Of a DNA stretch of 64,000 nucleotides, positions 11,916 to 23,910 are shown one piece after another (the first letter of the stretch is position 1; every line of letters begins with the position of its first letter). The stretch covers positions 24,430,433-24,494,432 of the forward strand of contig MU054187.1 of the NCBI GenBank assembly GCA_013239625.1, given 5' to 3'. The notes under the pieces are model-generated. The model ran no database searches. It was not told the origin of the DNA and saw nothing but the letters and a program-made list of their open reading frames with translations. Origin of the DNA: Lama guanicoe (Eukaryota). The position numbers and the translations under genes were made by a program.

Positions 11916-13360
11916 AAAAAATGAAAGGCTTCCTACTGAATGGAAACAGATATTTGCAAATGATGTGTCTGACAAGGAGTTAATACCTAACATACATAAG
12001 AAACTCATACAACTGAACATAAAAAAAAACCCAATTTTTAAAAAGGGTAGAAGACCTGAATAGATATTTTTTCCAAAGAAGACATATAACCAGCATATCT
12101 TTTCATGCTCAGCATCACTAGTCATCAAAGAAATGTAAATAAAAAACACAATGAGCTATCACTTCACACTTGTCAGGATGTCTATCATCAAAAAGACAAC
12201 AAATAGCAAGTATTGGTAAGGATGTGGAGAAAAGGGAACACTTGTGTACTGTTGGTGGGAATGAAAATTAGTACAGACACTATGGAAAACAGTCTGGAGG
12301 TCCCTCAAAAAATTAAAACTAGAACTACTATATACCCAGCAATTCCACTCCTGAGTAGTTATCCTAAGAAAACAAAAACACTAATTTGAAGATATATGCA
12401 ACTCTTGTTTATTGCAGTGTTATTTACAGCAGCCAAGATATGGAAGCAATCTACAAGCTAAGTGCCGATAGATGGATGAATAGATAAAGATGTGATTTTA
12501 TATATGTATATAAAGGGCTATTATTCAGTCACAAAAAAAAAGAGTGAAATCTTGCCATTTGTGACAACATGCATATAGTTAGAGGGTATTACGCTAAATG
12601 AAATAAGTCAGGCAGAGAAAGACCTATACTGTATGATTTCATTTATATGTAGAATCTAAAAACAAAGCAAATGAACAAACATAACAAAACCAAAACAGTC
12701 TTAGCTGTAGAGAACAAACAGGTAGTGGTCAGAGGGTAGGGCCTTGGGGGAGAAGAGAAATAGGTGAGGAAGATGAAGAGGTACAAAATAAATGAGTGGT
12801 GAGTATGAAGTGCACAGTGTGGGGAATACAATCAATAATTATATAACATCTTTGGAGGGTGACAGATGGTATCTACATTTACCATGGTGATCATCTTGAT
12901 ATGTATAGAAACAGCGAATCACTTTGTTGTGTACGAGGAATAGTGTTGTAGGTGAATAATACTTCAAAAACAAAGAAACAGACAAACTCATAGAAAAGTG
13001 ACTAGATTTGTGGTTTCTAGGGTGGGGGTTGGAGGAAGGGGGAGTTGGATGAAAGCGGTTCAAAGGTACAAACTTCTAGTTGTAAGATAAATAAATTCTA
13101 GGGATGTAATGTTTCAACATGATAAACATAATTAACACTGCTGGATGTTATATAAAAGTTGTTAAGAGAGTAAATCCTAAGAGATTTCATCACAAGGAAA
13201 AGAATTTTTTCTATTTCTCTAATTTTATGTCTATATGAGATGATGGATGTTTACTAAATTCATGGTAATCATTTCGTGATGTATGTAAGTCAAATCATTA
13301 TGCTAATTTTTACACAGAGCTGTATGCGATTCATTATCTCCTTAAAACTGTAAGAAAAAA
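11916..13360 (+). mobile_element. Older 5'-truncated L1 (L1_Art-like 3' UTR) inserted into the NP-like remnant
   Basis: Degenerate ORF2 C-terminal sequence followed by the long artiodactyl-type 3' UTR ('ggtacaaacttctagttgtaagataaataa...gagagtaaatcctaagag...tcatcacaagg'); 'attt' on both flanks (11912-15, 13361-64). Confidence 0.85.
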
Positions 13361-13439
13361 ATTTCACTTTAAACACATTAGAAAAAGTAGAATTTTAAAG
13401 AACACCAAAATAGTATATAAAGAATAAAAAAGTTCACTT

Positions 13440-13750
13440 AAATCTGAATAGTGGAATGACAAAAAAAAAATCATCGACTCACAGATATGGTTACCAAAGG
13501 GGAAAGTGGGGAGGGATAAACTGATAATTTGGGAATAACAGATACACACTACCATATATAAAATAGATAAACAGCAAGGACTCTGAACTATATTCAATGT
13601 AGTGTAATAACCTATAATGGAAAAGAATCTGAAAAAGAATACTATATATATGTGTGTGTGTATATATATATATACCAAATCATTTTGCTGTACACCTGAA
13701 ACATTGTAAATCAACTATACTTCAATAAAAAATAAAAATTAAAAAAAGAA
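13440..13750 (+). mobile_element. Younger L1 3'-end fragment inserted into the NP-like remnant
   Basis: Typical 3' UTR ('gactcacagata...ggttaccaaaggggaaag...tgtacacctgaaac...actatacttcaataaaa') plus A tail; approximate TSD aaaaagttcactt / gaaatgttcattt. Confidence 0.85.
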
Positions 13751-14858
13751 AAGAAATGTTCATTTCTGTTACAAAATAGGGTGAGAAACTCAAAAGTTGT
13801 ATGGAAAATTTGGCTGAATCATGAAAGAAAATGTTTTACAAAAGAAAAACAGTTTTTGATCATTTAGCAAAATGTTCTCAAAATCCAAGGTTGCACAAAG
13901 GACTATAGACTAATTATAAAGAATTATTATAAAAAACAATGGCAGGTGTTAAACGATGACTTTTCAGAAGATGCTTCACTCTGCAAATTCGCCATCTTTT
14001 TGAAACCCCTCTTTCTGACTCACGTTGTACTTCTTAATAAAACCTAAGAGAAAGGGTAGATGAGTAACACCATGAATCAGAGGTTATTAACAGTTATTTT
14101 TAAGAAAGGTGATGTTAGACTTTAAAATCTTGGTGACCTTTAACATTCTATAATCCCTGCTATTCTAAACTGTTCTGGAAAAGTTAATAAGGGTTACAGA
14201 AAAGTTGGCTGCTTCATATCCAGTGTGCACTCTTAAGAATCAAATTTTGGCAAAAAGATTTATTCGTCTTAAAGACAATGGCAAAGCATTAAGAGGTAAT
14301 GGTAGTCGGTTATTATTTTGCTAGTTCAGGTCATAAAATTAGTTTTCTCAGTTAACGAATTGCTGCATAACAGTGCTGCTGACATTTGGCACATGATATC
14401 AACCGTATTAAACTGTAATCTCCAGCCCTCTTTCTCTAAGATTTAGGCCAGGTGTTTTGCTTTATATAAATTCAAAATCTTGCTTCAAAACAGCTTTTGA
14501 TAATTGCAAGAAATATGTATAGGCAACTGAGATACCAGTCTAAGCTTATCGGCAAATTCTTTTTCACTAATAGTAATTGTTTATGCCACTCGGGAGAGAG
14601 TTCAGTTGTAGAGATTTTGTGTCTTTAATATCTTCCTATCAAAGATCATAGCACCTCCAGCAGCTATAGTACCCACATCAGGATGTTCAAGTTTGTAAGG
14701 GTAGCCTACCAAAGTGGGCTGAACCTCAGATGATCCCACATAGATTTTAGGTAGTTCAGGCTGTAAGCTTCTGCCTTCCGGTAGACTCTAGTCAATAACA
14801 GCCCATCATCTAATGCTGACGTATTCTCCTTACTGTATTCTTAATTGAACAAACTGAA

Positions 14859-14870
14859 ATAACCTTCATC
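14859..14870 (-). promoter_or_regulatory. Fossil filovirus-type transcription gene-start signal
   Basis: Minus-strand GATGAAGGTTAT is a 10/12 match to the filovirus mRNA-sense start GATGAAGATTAA and lies exactly at the 5' boundary of the element, next to the TSD. Confidence 0.65.
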
Positions 14871-16750
14871 CTTCATTTTATATGTTTCCTGACAATACAG
14901 AACTTAAAAAAAAACATATTTGCCATATCCTTATACACATTCACACACATGGCTGCCCAAAAATATACCCACATTCAGCACATACCCATTTGCGAATAAA
15001 GCCTGTTGATCTGAAAAATGGCAAAGCGATGCTGCCCAAGACCAAAGAAATACTGTGTTAGGTTTTATATTAATTCAGGTATTAAAAATGACCAAATTAA
15101 TTCCAAAATAAAATATATTGAATTGCAAAGCATGCTGTATTTCACTATAGTTTTAATTCCATGAAAACTAAGAATTTTTTTTCTTTTATATTATGCCATC
15201 TGTGAAATCAATAAAAGCAGGATTTCAGAAATAGTTTGAAATTGCTTTAGAATTGGTTATTTTTTAAACAAATGAGGGAAAATTAACTTTATTAACTTTA
15301 TTACATTTTTCACTCTGAATCTTACCTTTTTTATGCACCTGTGCAAATCATAGGAAAAATTTTATACATAGGACATATAAAACTTAACTGATTTCTTGAT
15401 ATAAACCCTTTCGCATGTGTGGGTATGGGTATACATGTCAGGCATGGGTTTTACCTTACTCTATACCAGGCATCTGTTTAATGCCGGTACACCATGATAA
15501 GAGGTGGAAAACAATCTTCAGATTAAAAACCATTTGCATTATCCATAGAAAATCATAAAGACTGTAAACTGAGAAGCCTATTTGCCCTAGAAATCTTGGA
15601 AAGCTTAGAATTGAGAGTGGATAAAGAAGTGGTAATCATTGTGACATAACTCAAGGAAGCACAAGGGCTTTCAAAAATATAGATGCTGGTGTCTGACATT
15701 CACTCATTTTTATGTAGTTCTTTAGGATCATAAAGGTCTTCAGGTTTACAAGACAATCCATTAAAATGAAAACACATTTGAAGGGAAAAGAACTGATAGC
15801 TATTGCTGGCTTACAGTGTGCATTATTAGATGTGCTGTACAGAAGTTAATGTTTTTGTTATTCATTTGAGTCTATGCCTTAATTATTAGCTAAGTTATGC
15901 AGGAGGTTTCACAGAAAAGCACCTGCTGAACTAGTTTCCAGTGAGTTTTCACAATTGAGTGGAACGTAAGAAGGAAACAAAGGACTGAACTCCAGCACCA
16001 AGACTTAACTTATGTCTGTAATGCTGACCACACACAGAAGAGAATGATGCTGTCCTTAGGATAAATATATCACTCATTCACTCATCAGTTCATTCCTTTA
16101 TTTTATGACAAAATGCTTTATAGTGCGATGAATACACAAGTACATCAAAGAATCAGTCACAGTCGTGCAGAGTATAATGAACAAACATATTTGAAAGGTA
16201 CAAAATTCGGTAATACCTTTCCATAAGCAGTAAACTTCCACTTGGCAGGGTTACCTGGGGAGGGAGAGCAGTACAGAGATATTATTTTGAAACAAGCACA
16301 TTAATAAATAACAAAAATGGAATTCCCTAAGCTTTCAGATATGTGGCATTTTTAATTAGCTTTAGTGCTTTCTAGTAGTGTTCTACCTTAATAAGCCTTA
16401 GAAATTAATGTCCATCAATATGTTAAAACACTACCTCTGATCATATGGCAGTTACTCCACTTGTACATGAATAAGGTGTCTCTGACTTTCTTAAACCTGT
16501 AGCCACTCTTCTGTTACATAGTTTCTTCTAAAGCCTATTTACATTGTTAATTTGCTTGGCTATGCTCTTGCAAAAATGCTCAGATGAATTTTCATCCTGT
16601 CAAAAATATAAGACCTCTGATTCCAAAACCTAATTAATATATAATATACCAATCCAGATGCAAGATTTTATTCTGTAATTTACATAATTTAATTTTGCAT
16701 TTCTATTATCTATTATAATGTCCTGCATATAAAACCCAACATGAGAATTT

Positions 16751-17195
16751 TTTAATTTATTTTTATTGAAGTATAGTTGATTTACAATGTTGTGTTAGTT
16801 TCAAGTGTACAACAAAGTGATTCAGTTTTACATATATATATATGTTCTTTTTCAGATTATTTTCCATTTATAGGTTACAATATTCAATATATTATAAGAA
16901 CTATATTCAATATATTACAAGATATTGAATATAGTTCCAGTTCCCTGTGTTTACAGGACCTTGTTGTTTATCTATTTTATATACAGTAGTGTGTATACAT
17001 TAATCCAAAGCTCCTAATTTATTCCTTCCCCCCTCCCCTTTCCCCTTTGTTAACCAGAGTTTGTTTTCTATGTTTGTGAGCCTATTTCCAGTTTGTAAAT
17101 AAATTCATTTATGTCATCTGTTTGACTTCAGTTAATATGGTCATTTCTAGGTACATTCATGTTGCTGCAAACAGCATTATTTCATTCTTCTCTCA
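16751..17195 (-). mobile_element. L1 3'-end fragment
   Basis: 'ttattgaagtatagttgatttacaatgttg' L1 tail; 'catgagaa' repeated on both flanks. Confidence 0.85.
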
Positions 17196-18769
17196 TCATC
17201 CACATGAGAAATTTATTTTAGAATTTTAAACTGGGGAGGAAGAAAAAACCTCAAGAGACTTGAAATCAAGGTCATTTCTCTTTTTGCTCCTATTGCTACA
17301 AATGTCAGAGCCAAACCCAAAGTGCAATCACAGAAATATATGGTAACCTCACAGTTACTGTACTGGCAGCTTCCATTTTTCTATCAATTTGATTTTCTAT
17401 GTCAATCTCTATTTTGTTTGTAGGGGGAGAAGGGAACATAAATATATTTGATAAATTAACATACAAAGGATAATATACTATACATACCACTAAAGTCATA
17501 CAGTTTCAAAATATATATAAAAATTGCCCACCACTTTAGAAATAAATAATTGATACGTAAACCCATTTGCCAAGTCATGTCGACTGGATATAAACATCTC
17601 TCTCACTTTATTTATATGTAAGGTTATTTTAACAAAAATCTGAGGATTTTTAAGTGGACCTCATTTAGTCTTAATTTCATGTTAAGGTTTTACCAATATC
17701 TTAGATTTTAGAGAATACCCACTCTGTACACTAGCAGTGTAGAGAGCAAGGATTAGAATTACAAATGACTGATTCTGTATTGGAAAAAAATACCTTAGAT
17801 AGAAAAAATAATAATCCTATAAACAAACAATCAAAAAAACTGTGTGGTTTGCACCAACGTGAAAAAGCTGAGCAATGTGTCTTTCTAAAATAATTGGAAG
17901 AACTAAATACAAGCTCATATTTCTTAAATTAAAAAGTCCATTGATTGGGCTTAATAAGGACTTTTTTAAAGGAATAATTAGTAAGTGTAGAAGTAAACTG
18001 AATAGTATCTATATTGCTGTAAAAACATTGTATTTCTGTTTTGCTTTTCCCTCATTATTATGAATTACAACAATATAATAATTATGCAAATAACAGGAAA
18101 TTCAAACAGGTTGAGCCATCTATTCTAATAATATTATACCTGCCCCTTAGGAAAAATATTAGATACCGTTGCAAGTTTTGCTATGAAATAGTGAAGAGAA
18201 AATAGATTGGCAGAAATTAAATAGCTTTCACATTTTTAGTTTTGTTTATTCTCTTCCCTTCAATAAACTATGACTTCCAGAAATAAAAAGAGATGAGACA
18301 GGAATGGAAGAAGTAATCTGAGAAGGCATGGCCTCCTTTTCCCTGTCAATTCCACTCTGCTGTAACGAACATTTAAAGGTTTGGTTTTTTCCTGGGGGGT
18401 ACATGTTTAGGAATGCAGCCTTCCCCTGTTACTGCTTGTCATCTCAGATAAAGCCACCCCACAAGCGCTTTCATTTACACCTGTCCTTTAAGAATGTTGA
18501 AGACAAGCCATCTATGAGTTCAAGAGAACCCTGTGCCAAACATTTTCTTGGTCTAGCTTCATCGTCAAGTCTAGGCTTTCCTGCTGTCCTTTACTCTGGC
18601 CACTGGACTCTGACCTTCTGAGTCACAATGAGACTGCCATCTCCTTGCGTGGGTTCCTGCTTCATGGCTGCAGCCGGCTTCCTGGCAAATGAGAACAGCT
18701 CTGCACACCGTACTTCTCAATGAGCATCAGTAACAAGGATGGCTGCTAGTTACTGAGCAGAAGTGCTTT

Positions 18770-19900
18770 ACATGAACATTCATTTAGCAAAATGTATTGT
18801 TTACTGTGTGCCAAGCTCTACTACCTGCTAAGCACTGAAAAAAAAACAATGTTGATTCAGTCCAGACAACACCCTCTGCTCGCATTGAGCCTACCAGGGG
18901 TCAGACATGAGTCACACAAAAAGAGCAAGGAATGTATGAATACAAACAAGCAGAGAGGCTCCGAAAGAATGGAACAGTTTCTCTTGAGAAAGTCTACCAA
19001 AGGGTTTGACCTAATTAGAGAAGGGAGAACAGACTAACCCAGGAAAGGATGCCCAAACCGAGACATGAAAGTATTAAGAGAATTAATCAGGCACAGAAGA
19101 CAGAAGACATTCCAGACCGAGCAAATGGCTTGTGCAGGGAGCTTACAAGAACAGAGCTGGGGAAAGTTGTAGGGGCAGAATGGCATGGACCGGGTGAAAA
19201 AGTAAAGAAGATGGATATGGCAGGAGTGCAGAAAACTGAAGCTAGGAAGAGAGGTGAGCGCCCAATGAGCACCCGTTAAAGCCTTCAAAAGATTTTAAGT
19301 AAATGTTATATAATTATATTTGGATTTTGAAATGATATCCCTCCCAGAGCTAGGGCTGCAGGTGAGAGCTGGACTGTGTGTAGGCAGACTGGATGCAGGA
19401 GACCAGTTAAAAGGATGTTGCAATGATCCAGGCAGGAAGTGATGCTATTTTAACCTAATAATAGCTCACTTAGTAAAATCCATGTGCCAGACATACTGTA
19501 TCTCATTTAATCCTTACAACAATCCTGTGTGTTAGAGAGTGTAATGATCTTTGCAGATATGGAAAGTGAGGTTTAGGACTGCTGAGTGACTAGACAAGAC
19601 TGCAAAGATAGTATGCAGGATTCAGGCCCAGTCAGTGAGCAGCCTGGCAATAAACTCATGCTCATATCTGGGATGTGGTAACAGTAAAGTTGAAAAGAAG
19701 TGCACAGATTCAAGAGATGTCTGCAAGTTGAAACCACAGGATGTGATGATGGATTAGCTCTGGAGAGTAGAGAAGTGATATTGGTTAAAGTGAAAGGAAA
19801 TACCAAGAACAATGTCTAAGGGTCTGACTTACACACGCGGATGGCGGATAGTGACATTCACTGAGATAGGAAGAATTGAAAGTGAACCAGATGTTTTTAG
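18770..19900 (-). mobile_element. L2 remnant with a nested MIR (~19460-19660)
   Basis: L2 3'-end text ('aacattcatttagcaaaatgtattgtttactgtgtgccaag') and purine-rich L2 body; MIR core 'tctcatttaatccttacaacaatcctg'. Confidence 0.6.
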
Positions 19901-19909
19901 GGGGTGGGG

Positions 19910-20490
19910 TGTCAAAGATAAAGATAGACATCAAAGTGGTGAGGACAGATTTGAATCATATTAACTACTGCAATAGGGAAGTGCCAGCTAAAAATTGGCA
20001 CTTGCCATCTGCATCTCCAAGGATTGGGACACATTGGCACTTGCCATCTACCTCTGCTTGGATTAAATCGTGAGCCACTACAGCTGCTGACCTCCAATAC
20101 TCCCTGAAAGGAGGTCAGGGTGGAGGTCAGGAATGAGGCGCTCTGTGCTCTGGGAAAACTGGCTGAACAGGCCTTCAGACAGTTAAGATATTTTCAGGAG
20201 AAGATTTTATGACCCCAAATTCTTGCATCCCCTCCTACCTAGAAAAGCACTAAAATCATTAACGGTGAGAGCTGCTCCTTATGACTACCAGTGAGCCTCT
20301 GTCTAAATGTGTGCCTGATGGTACGTACCCCCTTCAGTAAAATCATACATAATACTTGGTTCCCCATGCCTCTTCAGAACAATTTCTCAGAGCTCTCTGA
20401 GATGCTGTCTCCCGGGCTATAGTCCTCATTCTGCCCCAAATAAAACTTCACCCACAACTGTCACATTGGGTGATTTTACTTCAGTCAACA
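19910..20490 (+). mobile_element. Solo ERV LTR
   Basis: TG...CA termini (tgtcaaag...cagtcaaca); AATAAA near the 3' end ('ccccaaataaaact'); internal short duplication 'attggcacttgccatct'. Confidence 0.7.
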
Positions 20491-20637
20491 GGAAAGAGTC
20501 CAGCATGAACCGAATTTAACTTTGACTTGTAAAGCGGTGACTTGGGGTTTTGAAAAGAGAGTGAGGGAAAGGGAAGTGATAAGGGAAGGCACAGTGGAGT
20601 TAGAGAATTGAATAAATGCGAAAGAGGGAAGGAGGTG

Positions 20638-20650
20638 TGTGGAATAATAA

Positions 20651-20689
<39 letters not shown>

Positions 20690-21500
20690 TGATTTCTGCC
20701 CTCAGTTTCTGACACAGGGCTCCAAAATCCTTGTAATTCCTAAATGATAAGAGCATTAGGAGAATCTTTTGTTCTAATGCAGTGACTCTGGGTTGGCTTC
20801 TGAATGAAGGCTGGTCACCAGAAAGACAAAGCCATAATTAGAAGCTTGGAATTATCAGCCCTACCCACCTCCCATTGTTCAGAAAGGAGACAGAAGCTGA
20901 AAATAGAGTTAATGATTGATCATGTCTACATAAGGAAGTCTCCATAAAACCCCAACAGTACTGAGATGGAGAGCTTTAAAGTTGCTGAGCACATCCACAT
21001 GCCAAGAGGGCACCATATGCCAAGAGAGTCCCCCAGCTCTGTCACACAGAAGCCCCTGTGTTTGGGACCCTCACAGCCCTCACCCTATGTATCTCTTCAT
21101 CTGCATCCTTCATCATAATTTTTAATAAACTGGCAAGTGTGAGTAAGTGTTTCCCTGAGTCTTGTGAGCAGCTCTAGCATATAATCGAATCTGAGAGGCA
21201 GGAGGTCTTGGGAGCCCCTGCTTTGCAGCCGAGTCAGAAAGACGTTGTGGGTAAACTGGGGACCTACTACTGGTGATTGGCATCTGAAGCCACAGGCAGT
21301 CTCACGGGACTGAGCTCTTAACCTGTGGGATCTGACACTATCTTCAGGTAGGATTAAGTTAAATTGCAGGACACAGAGCAGAGGTCACAGTGAATTGCTT
21401 GGTGTGGGAAAACCCACACACCCGAAGCATAAGCAGCATTGTGAATGTGATAATAGTATGACAGTAAAGGAGAAACACAGGTGGAAGACTGATTTTTTCA
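20638..21500 (+). mobile_element. MER21-like LTR containing a (TA)n microsatellite at ~20656-20688
   Basis: Recognisable MER21 segments ('tctgacacagggctccaaaatccttg...aagtgtttccctgagtcttgtgagc...aattgcttggtgtgggaaaacccacaca'). Confidence 0.7.
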
Positions 21501-22379
21501 TAAAACAGGGAATAGGTGCATTGAAAATCATGTGGCTTTGCCAGGTGGCACTTAACCAAGTTAGGCCCCCGCCCTCCCACAGAGCTTGGGGAAGGGGCCC
21601 TGTCTTCAGGTGTGGACTGGCGCCGCAGTGAATGCTTTTGGCAGCCCTGAGTTCTATTAGGATGGCGCTTTAAGGGGGGGCAGGCCACCCTAGGGATACG
21701 GCTTGAGCGGTCAGAAACCACGTTAGTTTTGTTCAAGGCTTCAGAGCCACGGCGAAAGCCGAGCTGAGAAACAGGCTCAAGAGAAGCCTGGCTGGAGACT
21801 GGTCAAGGAGAGAACATTTACCAGGTGTGTGGAGCAGACTATAAGTTCAACATCAGACATGCTGGATCTGATGAACTTTTGAAACACCCAAATAGAAATA
21901 TGGTGGGCAGTTCAGCCTATGGGCCTGCAGACCAGAGGAAAGCTCTTGCTCGCAGATGTAAACCCGAAAGCTGTCAGCATGTGAAAGATACTGAAAGCCA
22001 TAGGCTAGATGTGCCTACTAGGACGGGTTACTTACCTCATGGGCTGTGAAACTCACTCTGTGGGCTCATTCGTCCCCACCTCTGTGATGAAGCTCTGGGG
22101 CATCCCATAGCTCTTCTGTCAATTTTGAATAACAAAAAGTCACAAGATTTAATAGACAGATCCAGTATAATGATCAACACTGCAAACTCTCCAACTCAAA
22201 CCTACCAGAGGAAAGAAGAATATGGTTGATTTCTTGGCACTTCCTCATCCCACATTCTTCCCTACCTCATGTCTTTTTTTTCACCTGGTGAGAATCCAGG
22301 GAATTAGTGAGGGAGGAGCACACAGCTGAAGCAGCTGACGCAGCTGGAATGTGTCATCAGTGCCCACTGTGGAGATCCG

Positions 22380-23910
22380 TATGTCTTACTGATACTCAAC
22401 ATGTCCACCGAAATGTGTAATAGACGTTTTCAAACTTAGTATGTCTAAGACCAAATGTGACTTCCCCTCACCCACAAAACCTGTTCCTCCCATAGCCTTC
22501 CCCATATAAGCAAATACCAACTCCATTCTGTTCAGGTCCAATATCTTAGAGCCCCCTCCACCCTTTTCCTCATAACCCGTTTTAAGCCATTAGTAGATCC
22601 TGTCACTACCTTCAGAATACAATCAATTCTCATTATTCCCAGTAGTTATGTTCTAGAGACACTTCAAACATCAAATTAGCAAACACTAAATCATTGCTCC
22701 TGGTGGAAATGCAGGGTTATGTATCATTTGGTTACATTTTCATCAACTGATCAGTACATAACCTTGTTTTATGTGTGTTACAGTTTAAACACATTTAATA
22801 TATATTGTTGACTCATTAACATTGAACTTATGACAGCAGCACTATAATTTATTCCTGAACAAAACTTATCTAACACGTGTATTTTCTCCATAAGGCACAC
22901 TGCAGTCTTCGTGTGCTTACAAACACCAGATACCACTTCAGCATTACACATGAGATCTTTTTAAACAGCAAAATCACCAACTAAAAGCAAAAATATACAA
23001 AAGAAGTGGCACTAAATATACAATGAAAAGGAACTTGTTCATAATATGAGCACTGAAAAAAAGAAAATAAAGTGTCATCTTGTTGGAACTCAGCTGGTAA
23101 CATGCACACTGGGTAACTCAAATATTTTGCCACTCTGGATGTATCTATGTCTGCAAACGACCACAAAAGAAAGCACTGTGAGTAGCGTTGTGGAGGTTAC
23201 AAGTAAATTTTAATGAGAAGGCAAAATTGCAAACACATAATCTGCGAATAATGAGGATTGATTGTATATCCAGAATCTGACCAGTTCTTATCACCATCAT
23301 CATGACCACCTGTGCCCAAACCACCATCATCTCTTCATTTGCACTAGACTCCTGACTTTCTTCCCCCAAAGTTTCACATGCATAAGCCTTTTAAAACTCA
23401 AATCAAGATCACGTCTCCTTTCTGCCCAAACTCCAGTGTCTTTCAGTCTCTTTTGAAATAGAATCCAGAGTCCTGGCCATTGCTACCAAAAGTGCTGAAT
23501 GATCTGGCCCCGTCCAATCTTAGAGGTCTCATCGGTCACTCTCTCCCTTCCCCAACTCCAGCTGGACAAGCATCCTCCTACCTCAAGGACTTTGCACTAG
23601 GGTTTTTGGGGGGTTTTCTTGTTTTGTTTTGTTTTGTTTTTCTGCTTATAAACCTCTTTGTGTATCTGGATCTCACTTCTTTCAGATCTCTGTTCAAGTG
23701 TCTCCTTATCAGAAACAGGGCGTCTGTGGTCTATATATAACAGCCCTTCTACTGCTCTCTGTCCCTTTTACCTCATAGTTTCCTGGAGAGCACTTACTGC
23801 CACTTGACATATTACATATTTTTTATTCTTGCTCTCCTCTCTTTTTTCAATGCTGTACTCCCCACTTTATAACATTTGGTAGAATTTAAGTACACAGTAC
23901 ATGTTTATCA
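22380..23910 (+). mobile_element. L2 remnant, split by the MITE at 22620-23264
   Basis: Pyrimidine-rich L2 text on both sides, continuous across the insertion ('taccttcagaata|tatccagaatctgaccag'). Confidence 0.65.
22620..23264. mobile_element. Tigger-family (TcMar) MITE, MER82-like
   Basis: 19-bp terminal inverted repeats with 1 mismatch (caatcaattctcattattc / gaataatgaggattgattg) and a TA target duplication on both sides. Confidence 0.85.

Larger units (their letters stand above)
11000..14790 (-). pseudogene. Filovirus nucleoprotein (NP)-like pseudogene with many stops and frameshifts
   Basis: Window motif vs EBOV NP (from memory): PKIYV 14751-14737 / QKIWM; ILEKEGWRLQF 14442-14410 / YLEGHGFRFEV; IFLPK 14259-14245 / LFLPK; LLTFPEQFRIAG 14190-14155 / LIQYPTAWQSVG; MLKVTKILKSN 14146-14114 / MMVIFRLMRTN; LIHGVTHL 14080-14057 / LIHQGMHM; ISSLHKIRCVSYFCALVLL 11898-11842 / LSSLAKHGEYAPFARLLNL; YPEL / FPQL; NGLQCYLPII 11044-11015 / DGQQFYWPVM. 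About 670 codons after removing the L1s. Confidence 0.85.
9537..14870 (-). other. Endogenous filovirus-like element (NP + VP35 remnants), interrupted by two L1 insertions
   Basis: More than 12 collinear peptide motifs matching filovirus NP then VP35 in hand translation; gene-start-like GATGAAGGTTAT at 14870-14859; A7 tail at 9543-9537; degenerate 10-bp TSD. Confidence 0.85.

Noticed and set aside
9537..14870. Reading this region as an ERV internal segment or a bornavirus N (EBLN) element
   Set aside because: No gag/pol/env motifs or paired LTRs were found. The initial PxLPK...HP resemblance to bornavirus N did not extend, whereas filovirus NP and VP35 motifs are collinear throughout.
20656..20688. 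(TA)n tract, also (CA)n ~36088, (GA)n ~46400 and (TTAA)n ~52658
   Set aside because: Ordinary microsatellites, mostly inside transposon tails; no CRISPR-like or higher-order array structure.
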